A stretch of DNA of 64,000 nt. Source: Eledone cirrhosa (taxonomy: Eukaryota). The notes under the pieces were generated by a model, which saw only the letters and a list, made by a program, of their open reading frames with translations, was not told the DNA's origin and searched no databases. This document shows, in pieces, positions 15,421 through 26,411 of this stretch. Each line of letters starts with the position of its first letter. The stretch's first letter is position 1. The DNA lies in NCBI GenBank assembly GCA_964016885.1, contig OZ024742.1, positions 76,012,001 to 76,076,000 of the forward strand, given 5' to 3'. Made by a program: the position numbers and the translations under genes.

Positions 15421-15725
15421 TAGGGGGCGTGCAACAGGCAGCCCGCGGGCCACAATCCACTCCGCCAGACCAGTCAGAGTAATGACCGTTTTTAATGATT
15501 ACCTTGTAGGCTTATTTAGGATTTTTTTCGTAACAGTGTTATGTTAGTTGACCTATACCATAGGGCTTCACTGATAGGGTTCTGTGTGTTATAATTTCTC
15601 AGTTCCATGTTATGGAAAGAAGTTGTGATTAATCTTTGGAATAGTGCTTAATACATATTAATGGCCCAAATAGTTGTTCCAATGTTCAAAAGTGGCCCGC
15701 CAATGGAATATGTTGCACAACCCTG
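15421..15725. mobile_element. hAT-type MITE
   Basis: Termini TAGGGGGCGTGCAAC / GTTGCACAACCCTG, subterminal GCCCGC motifs, 8-bp flanking duplication ATCTACAG (15413-15420) / ATCTACAC (15726-15733). Confidence 0.7.
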
Positions 15726-16089
15726 ATCTACACTATGGAGAGTTACTTTATTGCAATTGGGATTCTCACATATAGTATGTGTAATTGTGTTTACCTAACC
15801 ATTTTACTGTTAAAAAGCTATGATGTTAATCATAGAAGATTAACAAAAAACTAAAATTGTTTAATGTAGATGTAACACAATATTTAATAGAAATGTTTTC
15901 CATGAATGGAATGAAAGTATAAAAACTTTAAAATCTTGCGAAATGTAATAACATATATATTTTGATTTGGCGCAAAATTTGTTTTGGGGATTTTGAAAAA
16001 ATAAAACAATGAAATGTATAGAAGAACAATTTTATTTCAATGCTCAGAGCAAATTGTGATACATGGGGACATATATCCCTCATTCTGCA

Positions 16090-16295
<206 letters not shown>

Positions 16296-16934
16296 TATAT
16301 TCGTACATCTTTGCATCTTTCTTGATAATTATTATAAAATGAATTGTACCAGACACAAATATGTGACAGCTACTTTTATCAAATGCATTGTAATTTGCTT
16401 TACAAGAAAAGTGTAATTTGCCACAAAATTTCAGACAAATAGGAATTCTTTCAAACACATGCATTCACTGCACACACATTCACACATGAGCACACACACA
16501 CCCGCATTATGCACTCAATATATATATTCTGTGTTGATCCCAGCCGCGTCCATGCCTTCCAGACAATTCTGGATTTGGTGTGGGGCTTCTGTGTACTGCG
16601 TGCAATTATTGCACCGAAGTGCACATGAAACGGAGTAGAAATCAACGATTTCGTTTGGTCCGGGCTAAATTGTTTACACGCGCATATAATCCTGAACTTA
16701 CCACTAATAACTAAATGTGTACGCTTTGAATCACGGACTGGCGCTTCGGAAGTGCAAGTCCCGTTCAGTGAGTGAGTGGGAAAGTTCCATGTACTGACAC
16801 AAACTCGGTTTGTTTAGTTCGATACACTTATATATATTCGTGTAAATCTGGGAAAATACACATAACATAAATAAGATCATAATTATTAATATACATATGT
16901 TTACATAATCTAATCGATATGTTTACTACACATA

Positions 16935-18128
16935 TACAGGGTTGATACGATCTTTGAGGACAAGTTGTTTAATAGTTCTAACTTTTTTTCAAACTTGTTC
17001 TGATTATGATTTCTTGTAAAAGATGACAAATATCAAGTTAACTCATCTAATGAAAAAAGCAGGCAGTAATCTCTGTCTAAAAGACAGAGCACAGGGATTT
17101 AGAGATAGCACTCCCTGAAAGCTGAACGATCGTCTGTTGTCAAAGTTCGCAAAGAGCTGGAGATGCTGATTTTCCAATAGTAGCCAAATGTAAAACGTTT
17201 GGTAACGGTTTTAATACCATCAGAATACCATGATATCGATAAAAACACATCAGAAAATCAATTGATAAGGAGCACAAGATTCCAAAGCACACTATCGGAA
17301 GAATTGTGCATGAGGACCTTCGATACAGATCATATGTGATGAGGAGAAGCCAGGCAGTTTGCGAAGACCGAGGCTAATCGTCTGATCTTCGATAAGTTAG
17401 CTATATTGAGGAAGTTGAAACAACAAGGACCTGAAATACTTCCGATATTATCCAATGAGAAAAACGTTGATCATGGCCAAAAGGGCAGCTGGCGAAAAGA
17501 CAGAGGGTTATACAAGGACAATAATGATGTTCTCACGGTCATACACACGAAGTTTCCGATAATTGTGATACTTTTAGGAGTCTGAAGCAACAACAGAGAT
17601 GTCATGCCCCCTAACTTCTTCCGACTGTGATTAAGGGTCAATGCTGTTGAGTATAAGGAGGTGTTGGATGGGGTTGTGAAGCATTGGATAAAGAAACGAA
17701 AATCACTGCACCAACCAGCAAGACTGCCCCGTCTCCTGAGGCCACGATGATCTATAAATGGATGCCTTAGATTCTCCACGATCATTGTTATGACTTATTA
17801 GCTCGCCATTCCTGAATCTGTTGTACTATTATGCATGGAATGAAGTCGAGAGTGGGGTCAATGAATGCTCCCATAATAATAAAAAATCTCTACAGTCTGC
17901 CACACATACAACAATGTCCATTTAACGATCATCTGATTCGAGCCTGTCAACAATTTAGACTTTGAAATTAAGAGGTTCCTGATACTAACGACAGATTTAT
18001 TGAACATATGCGTTCAGAAGCGTCTCAAGATGATTCATGCCAATTCTTTCTCTAAGCTCTTATTTCATAACTTAGGCGCCTTTCATTAAATTTATGGAAA
18101 TAACATCAAAGAACTGATCAACTCTCTA
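16935..18128 (+). mobile_element. decayed Tc1/mariner DNA transposon (DD37D/maT-like)
   Basis: Imperfect TIRs TACAGGGTTGATACGATCTTTGAGG / CATCAAAGAACTGATCAACTCTCTA with TA ends; broken transposase peptides HEDLRYRSY, TKFP..V.LLGV, VMPPNFF, LRVNAVEYKEVLDGVVKHWI. Confidence 0.75.
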
Positions 18129-18525
18129 CATATTATTGCTATGCAATGGGGTAGAGAGATAAACAAATATTGTTTGCGGCAGATTGGAATACGGATCAAA
18201 TTGACTAGCTTAGTCTTTCTTAATACCGAGCAGTGATCAATTAAATATCTGGGTCAAAATATCTCAAGGAAAATAGTTATTTTATAATAAATATAAACAA
18301 AACTGTAAGATGTTCGGGGTACACACCAGAAAACGATCGTTAATATATATATATATATTCAAAATACATATTAGACTTGGAATTCATGCTACTTATAAAT
18401 AACTCATACACACATACACACACAAATATATGTGTGTGCGGATGTGTGTGATTGTGTGTGTATGCGTGTGTGTGTGTTGTGTGTGTGAGTATTTGTGCAT
18501 TAACGCATGTATGTATTTGTTTGTA

Positions 18526-18585
<60 letters not shown>

Positions 18586-18849
18586 TAATGTGTTAGGAAA
18601 AACATATTATTCAATTATACGTGTTTACATTTGTTTCATTATAAAGTTATATAATTTTCAACGGGTAAGTTAGGAGATATTAAAATTTCCGATCATTTCT
18701 GCACTACAATGAATTTCATACGTCAAACATTCTTCAGAATATGGATAATTTCTAGATATTTTGATAGTGGCAAAGTTACGAAGTGATGGCTGTTAATTTG
18801 ACCAATGGGTATCCATTACTCTCTGGTTCTTCATAATAGTAATTTCCAT

Positions 18850-19068
18850 TGGTTTTGGCAGTATCGGTAGAAGGTCGGATGCCATGCTTTGCAACATAGA
18901 GTTACGGCCTTTTATGATCTGAGTTCAAATCCCGCAGATGTTAACTTTGCCTTTCATCCTTACGGGGCGGATAAAATAAAGTACCAGTCACGTACTGGCG
19001 TCGATTTGATCGAGTTCCCCTCCCATAAAATGCTGGCCTTGTGCCTATATGAGAAACTAATAAGTAAT
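18850..19068 (+). mobile_element. family 1 SINE (long form)
   Basis: TGGCAGTATCGGTAG, GAGTTCAAATCC, GCCTTTCATCCTTACGGGG, GCTGGCCTTGTGCC. Confidence 0.85.
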
Positions 19069-19357
19069 CATTTATTGACTAATGGGGATAGTATACATTG
19101 TGGGAGTAGCTAATGCATTAGTGTTAGTTGTATCAACATGACCATTGCAGATATGGGAGTGCCAAAGGTAAGAGAAAACAAGCAATACATTCTGTTAAGG
19201 TTATTGTTGCAAGTTGTAGATAAATGTGAAGTTAAAAACTAATATTTAGCGTCAGAAGTCTATGTAATAAAAAGGATCGATCGACGGTCGTCAAATAGGA
19301 CCGAGGAAACAAGCTTTCCAGTTGCTAGTGCTATCTATCGGTCGCAACTCCAGGTAA

Positions 19358-19476
19358 AAGGAGCAACGTGAAATAAAGTGTCTTACCCAAAGATATAACG
19401 TATCTCCCGGTTCAGGAATCGAACTCACAACCTCAACATTGTGAATCCAACTCTGTAACCACTCAGCCACACGCCT
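19358..19476 (-). mobile_element. family 2 SINE, partial
   Basis: GGAGCAACGTGAAATAAA...ATCGAACTCA...TAACCACT.AGCCA matches 10897-11010. Confidence 0.7.
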
Positions 19477-19759
19477 TTACACCCTTGTAATAAAACGCCT
19501 GTAATAAAACTTGTCTATTTGCGCTAGGTAGGATTGATAAAGTTTGAGATGGGTGTAGATGTATAGGTTCTAATCCTAGGTTAGCTAGGGTTATAACTGG
19601 AAAATGCTTTTAAGTATTTGTATTTACAATTGAATATCCTATCTTGTCTTGAATTTAGTGAGTTCTTTCCTGTTAAGATTTCCAGTACTTCAATCGCACA
19701 AAATGAAAGTCCCTTCTTTCACGTCGATAGGGGTGGGTGAATCGTAGGATGGACTACGA

Positions 19760-20000
19760 TAGATCATATTTATATTTTCATTCATAAATTTCCATATTTT
19801 CTTAGCTAAAGCGGTAGAAGTTCGGAGTTTCGTATTTTCAAACGAATGGTTATGTACATACAATCTTTTCTTAAAGAAACTGTAGAACACACATATCTGA
19901 ATATGGTTGCTTGTAACTTCACACTGGTACACTATATTGGTGCTCAGGCATTTTCCCGATATGCAGCAGCAATTGGGGTTTATACTGTTACAAAGTTCCA
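19760..20000 (-). pseudogene. relic of a Penelope-like element zinc-finger/GIY-YIG endonuclease
   Basis: CN.....C...SGKCLSTNIVYQCEVT...FKKRLYVHNHSF....RTSTALAKKIWK follows the CxC-C-GxC-IVY...FKxRxxxHxxSF...STxLxKxIW pattern of PLE endonucleases; the YIG segment is lost. Confidence 0.65.
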
Positions 20001-20229
20001 TTCCTTGTTGATTATAATCGATTTTGTCCTGAAGGATAGACGATTTTATAGGCTGAAGTAGGAAGGGTCCCATAATTCGTTATTTTGGCGTGGTACAACA
20101 GGCTGAGGTAGGGATGAGGTTAGGATATTACATTGAATTGACTTCTGTATGCTGCTGTTATTCTTTTGGGGGCGCCTATTATTTAGATAGTGAGATTGGC
20201 TTTCACACCTACTTCCACTTTTCTGATTA

Positions 20230-20470
20230 TCGAGTGGTATCAGCTTCCTGCTTTCCATCACTCCTGAACAAAGAAGCGAGTAACATGAACTTTTTAACTG
20301 CTTCAGTGGAACTCTATTCACATGTACCCTACACTGCGCAGGCTTCCTTGAGATGACGAGTTTCTCATTTTTCAGAGCACTGATTTTCATTCCAGCCATG
20401 CAGAACTCGGTATCAAATCTATCAAGTGCAAATCGGAGATCACCTTCAGGCGAGTTAAGTAACATCACGA
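20230..20470 (-). pseudogene. RTE-like LINE fragment (same family as 9430-10290)
   Basis: LLNSPEGDLRFALDRFDTEFCMAGMKISALK..LVISRKPAQC aligns with the 9766-10137 peptide. Confidence 0.75.
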
Positions 20471-20478
20471 GATTTGCA

Positions 20479-20526
<48 letters not shown>

Positions 20527-20850
20527 CTTTATTTATATTCTAACCGAAATATTGCTAATTTATCATAGAAGATTAATAGTTGAAATTATAAAAATACGAA
20601 CAGAAATAAAAACTGAAGCAAAAACAATTTCATTTATGTTTGAATCTATAAAAATAATTTTGTTTCACAATAGCAATATTTTATATTTTCAATATGTCTG
20701 TATTATATTACTTTTTATTTCGCTAATATTTTCATTAAACCTGTCTGTATATTGAAATCCATTTTATATATAAATATATATATATTTATAAATATATATA
20801 CATATATATATATATATACATATATATATACATACACACACACACACACG

Positions 20851-20910
<60 letters not shown>

Positions 20911-21970
20911 TGCATACACCACATATACATACGTAGATACGTAGATACGTAGATCTGCTCGAATACATATGCATACCGACAATGTGATTTAAAATGGAAT
21001 TGAAAATTATAGACACAGTCAAAATAATACAGAAATAAAGTATATATATATATATAATAAACACAGATGGTGGAACGAAATATTTATCTGAACAAAAGTT
21101 ATCATTATGCTATAGGGGATAATGTGTGGTAAGATTTTGTCTTATATATATATTTTTTTGCTTTGTTTTGGTGATTAATGTACATTATTTTATACAATAA
21201 TTCAGAAAATGTGTATTTTCGTTGCGGATCCCTTTGTATAAATACGTCGACGCAACTATACATCTACGCTCTCCGACTGTAATTTGTAAGCTTCAAACGA
21301 CACCCATCACCGCGACAGTAACTAAGTGGTATTTCAGATACCTTGGCTTCTTCGAATGACCGAACAGATTATTGATGTGTGTTCTGTACTTGTATATATC
21401 ATTCGTTCATTGTGTCATATTTCTCGATTTAACGTTTGGTAAAATAATACGGTTTGCATAAAGTACCTTTTAAGCTGCGAATATTCGAGTATATAAATAT
21501 ATATTATATATTACATATGTTTATACACATATATTGTGCTTCACATGAATCTATTCACATATGTTTTTATGAATCCTAGAAATGAAACCCGCTTGTATGC
21601 TAATCACAGGTTAGATATATGTGATATATTTCGCTATTACATCACAATATTCTCATATCTCAGCATGAATTTTACTGTTATAATGTCAGAGATATTTCCA
21701 ATGGATGGCTTCATGTAATGTAATGTTCATGCCAATTCCCCAAGGAATTAAAATTTTGTTGAACAAACACATTGAATATGATACTTTACTTACTATATAT
21801 TGAGGCACGAATTCTATACGAATAACACTGCTTCATGCACACGTAGCACCAGAAATCTAACATTTAAAAGCAAAGGAGCCAATCTTCCACTTAAGACGAT
21901 GGCTGTGCAAAATATTTTATCATTCAGACTTTTTCATATGCGATATTCTCACCCGTACACCCAATACATA

Positions 21971-22036
<66 letters not shown>

Positions 22037-22040
<4 letters not shown>

Positions 22041-22838
22041 TATAAATTCAGCGAGAATCGCATTTCGGCGGGTAGAAACGGCGAAACGTAACGCAAATTC
22101 CGAGTCATGCTGGCAAGCGCTCCATGGGCTAATAAAGACCAGGTTATAAAGACCATACAAACTGAGAAGACGGTCAAGAAGCCATTAACCACCTAAGCCG
22201 AAAAACAAGTCCAGCTAAACAGGTCAGACAAAATAAATGACATAATCATATATATATATCCATATACATATATATATAACAAATAAGGACCCTAGGAATT
22301 GGTAGTAAAATCCAGTACAGGGTTTCTGTGACACCTAAATCAATAATACTGTCTGCTTAAAACAATAAGCTTTTGGTATAATGATCGAACGAGGAATATC
22401 ACCTTATCAACAGGTATTTTGTTCTGCGCCAGTATTGTGGGTGACATAGTGTTTTGTAAAAGTACATGCGTAACTCACAGGGGAAAAAAAACTCAGATTT
22501 TGGAAATTGAATTCAGTATGTGTAAATTTATGCAAAAAATTGCATAAATAGCACAAATCGAATAAGCACTCAACCGGGTAGTTTTTAAAATAGAATTATT
22601 AACAGGTTAATTGTAAGACTCGGGAGATTAATACAAGTATAAATTCATCGAGAATCACATTTCAGCGGGCAGAAAAAGCGAAACGTAACGCAAATTCCGA
22701 GTCATGGTGACAAGCGCTCCATGGGCTTAAAGATACCAGAACAACACACATAGGTTATAAAGGCCATACAAACTGAGAAGGCGGCCAGGAAGCCATTAAC
22801 CACCTAAGCCAAAAATCAAGTCCAGCTAAACAGGTCAG
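22037..22838. repeat. ~190-bp direct repeat (22037-22228 and 22636-22838) between (TA)n tracts
   Basis: AAGTATAAATTCA...GCGAAACGTAACGCAAATTCCGAGTCATG...CAAGTCCAGCTAAACAGGTCAG occurs twice. Confidence 0.85.
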
Positions 22839-22973
<135 letters not shown>

Positions 22974-22982
22974 TATATATAC

Positions 22983-23686
22983 ATATTGTTATACTTTGGG
23001 AGGGTCATGTTGCCAATAAGAAACACACGCACAAGTTGCTTTCACTCCAATTTACTATAAATTAAATTTATAAATTTAAGAATTTATGAATTTCCGGTTG
23101 GTTGGTTCCATAACCGGACGGTTGTTCATATATTGTCAAAGTTCTTTCGCCACACATTATGTGACCTCTTCAGTGACTGGGGATTATTTTCTTTGTTTTG
23201 TGCCTCTCTTTTGTTCTGTCCTACGCCATCTTGTTTTTGTGTGTGTTTTGTGTTTAGTTTGCGCATGTGTTACATCCGGGTGTCTGTGTGTGTTTTTATT
23301 TGTTTATTTATTTGTTTATTTACATGTTACTGGTTGGTTGTTTGTTCTATGTGTGTGTGTGCTTTCAATTTGTCCTTAATTGTAAGTTGTGATGCTGCTA
23401 TTCCATTCATGTTTCCTATTTAATTTTGGTTGTAAAAACACACACAGACACCCGGATGAAACACATGCACAAACTGAACACACAACACACGCAAAAACAA
23501 GAGGTCACAGAATGTGTGACGAAAGAACTTTGACATTATATGGACAACCGTCCGGTTATGGAACCAACCAACCGGAAATTTATAAATTCTTAAATTTATG
23601 AATTTAATTTATAATAAATTAGAGTGAAAGCATGTGGTGCGTGTGTTTCATATTGGCAACATGACCCTCCCAAAGCATAACAATAT
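22983..23686. repeat. ~700-bp foldback element next to (TA)n, with a hammerhead in the left arm
   Basis: 22983-23170 is the reverse complement of 23499-23686; 23230-23298 is the reverse complement of 23433-23501. Confidence 0.85.
23135..23177 (-). ncRNA. minimal type I hammerhead ribozyme motif
   Basis: Minus strand GTCA-CTGAAGA-G-GTCACA-TAATG-TGTGGC-GAAA-GAAC-TT-TGAC: stem I GTCA/TGAC, 6-bp stem II. Confidence 0.6.
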
Positions 23687-24124
23687 CAGTTTCAACACAC
23701 GTTTTCAGATAAAGAATCTTGCTAAACAAATCAGAAACGAAATCTTTATATATATATATATATATATAAAGAGAAAAAAAAAAAATGTTTCTACCTAATA
23801 ATCGTCATTTTCTCCCTGTTTTCATATATATGTATATAGTGATAATAATAAATGTGAAGACTGAAATCCAAAGAGCGCTCGATAAGGATAAATATATATC
23901 AAATATATAAGAACCCTAGAGCAAATATTTACTAAAAAAAGAGATTAAACTTTAAGCAAATAATCGCTGCTTTCACCCATAACGGGATCTTCTGTTATTT
24001 TAATATATATATATATATATATATATAAATTTTCAAGTATATTTTGGTTGTTTACTCACACCTTAATATGCAGATTGGAGCACTCGACGATGTACGCAGG
24101 TTCGTTTGTTCCGGAGTAATCTAG

Positions 24125-25027
24125 TTATATATATAACCAGCAATTTCTCTGTCTGTCTGTCCGACAGTGGAAACACGTGCGTAGAGAGAGAGTGAGAGTG
24201 AAAGAAAGAGACAGACTACGAGAGGGGGATAGCGGGAGGGAGAGAGGGAGAGAGATAGTGAATAGACGCTAAAACACGTGCTATAGAAACATTACCTTCC
24301 CCTCTCCACTGACTTGGGTCACTGAGGCCGAGAGAATCGCTGGTTGCTATAGAGACACCTTGCACAAGCCAGAAGTAACCAGTTCGAGGCGGTTCTGCCT
24401 TGACACCATGCGAAGAAAGTTGCCATTGAATTTGTGGTTGTTGCTGCTGATAATAAGGACCATTTGAAGAAGGTTGCTGCTGATGAGGTAAGTTATTAAT
24501 CAGATTGAGCAGTTCCATAACCTACGTTTGATTTGTTCAATTTTTATCTTCAATTTTTGTTGTTGTTTTTTTTTATTTCTTATTGATCAAATATAAATAA
24601 TAAAATGAGGTTAAAAATTTAAATACAATTAAATACGATTTAATTTCCATTTCCAGCAGCCAATGTCCAGTGTTCAATTTCATGAAAAAATTGGAAATAA
24701 TTCAAAAAATGTAAGTTTAACTTTTGAACATTTGTTTTGACAATAAAAAAATATTTCCTTATTCACACCTAATGGTATGATTAAAATTTCATAGGAATAT
24801 TTTTTTCTAACCGCCAGTTATTTATTTTCTCCTTTTTCGCTTTAACATATATTTATTTCAAAGATTTCACCGTATAGATAACATATATATTTATACATGC
24901 ATAAAAAACACACCGAGAGACGGTGAACATGTGGTGCCGAAAACTTTTCTCATCCAAATCTCAACAATATCAGTATATACACTAGATTTGCTAGCAGAAA
25001 ACCGCCCACCGGGTGGTTTTCTGCTAG
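24125..25027 (+). mobile_element. non-autonomous Helitron-like element
   Basis: 5' TTATATATATAA followed by (CTGT)n; 3' 17-bp-stem hairpin CTAGCAGAAAACCGCCC-ACC-GGGTGGTTTTCTGCTAG ending in CTAG|T. Confidence 0.6.
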
Positions 25028-25920
25028 TCTATATATATAAAACTGAGGATGTCTGTCTGTGTGTGTGTGAGTTTGAATCACTAAAACTCGAGAAGCACCA
25101 AACTGTTTTCGAACTTTACACATGTAATAATTATGTTTCAGGGAGTGTTCTGAACAAAATGAATTTCAAGTTTTCAATGCCCTATGGACCGCATTATGCG
25201 ATTTAGCGATCTCTCTCTATAATTCTTAGTCTTTTTCTTTTTAGATAGATACATACATAGAACGTCGCGCCATTATAATATCTGTCTGTATGTCTGACTG
25301 TCTGCATTACGTCACTACCCTGAGGATGTGTGTGTGTGTGAATTTGAATCCCTAAAATTCGAGAAAGACCCAACCGACTTTTTTCAATATTTACATGTGT
25401 ATTACTTATGCTTCAGGGAGTGTTATGCACATAAAACATTCCACGTGTTGATCCCCTAGGGCCCGCATTAGATGAAAAACTGCTTTGTTCATGTTTTTAG
25501 GGATTCTTTGAGGTGTTACGTCAGACCGATTTGCTTGAAATTGTAACTATGTATTAGTCAGTCTCTTCTTCATACGTTGAGCAAAGAAAATCCAACTTTT
25601 TTTTATGGCACAGGGCTCGCATTAGGTGAAAAACTTCATTTTTTCACCTTTCTAGGGCTTTTTTTATCGTTACCCTACCGAAATTTCAAGGCATATTATG
25701 CACGTAAAAAAGATTCATTTTCTTGATACCCTAGGGAACGCATTAGGTGAAAACCTGCATTTTTCCTGTTTCATCGAAGAGAATGTTGAAGATTATCCAG
25801 CCATAAGAATATTCGGTTTAAATTCATTACATATTGTCCAGGCATGTAGTTTTTCCACGATTAGGTATGTTGCCGGGCCGCGTTCCTAAATATCCGTGCA
25901 ACGCCGGATACCACTGTTAG
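25028..25920 (+). mobile_element. non-autonomous Helitron-like element (second family)
   Basis: 5' TCTATATATATAAAA then GTCTGTCTGTGTG; 3' GCAACGCCGGATACCACTGTTAG; a homologous copy at 63170-63908 ends in CTAG. Confidence 0.75.
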
Positions 25921-26204
25921 TTTTAAATAATTAAGTCGAATATGAAAAATGTGGCTTCGTTTATTATAAATTATAGATATACTTCTATATATATTTCGGT
26001 GACATCCATCATTGGCCGTGACCTCTTTAGCCAGTCGGAATTGGTCTGGAAAAGAGAGGTACACATATTGTTGAAGTGTGTTTTACTCCGTCAATACATC
26101 GAATGTCCAGCTCCTGATTGTCTTGTTATTCCTCTGAGGAACTGGAACCATATGATTCCAGTTTATCATATAATAATGGTGATGATGATGATGATGATAA
26201 TAAT

Positions 26205-26380
26205 TTTTTCTAATCTTGAGACAAGGCCAACAATAATCGCAGTGCATTACTGGTGCTTTATGTTATTGACCGCGTAAGGATGACACGCAAATTTAACCGC
26301 GGTGGGATTTGAACTCAGAACGTAAATGTTCATAACTCCATGCCACAAAGCATGGTGTCTGACGCTCTACCGATACTGCC
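26205..26380 (-). mobile_element. family 1 SINE (short form)
   Basis: GTAAGGATGA...GGGATTTGAACTCAG...CTACCGATACTGCC. Confidence 0.8.
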
Positions 26381-26411
26381 TAATAATAATAATAATAATG
26401 ATGATAATAAT

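Noticed and set aside
24216-24518. Gln-rich 100-aa ORF
   Set aside because: It lies inside a Helitron-like repeat, runs into (CT)n and has no recognisable domain; a captured gene fragment cannot be supported
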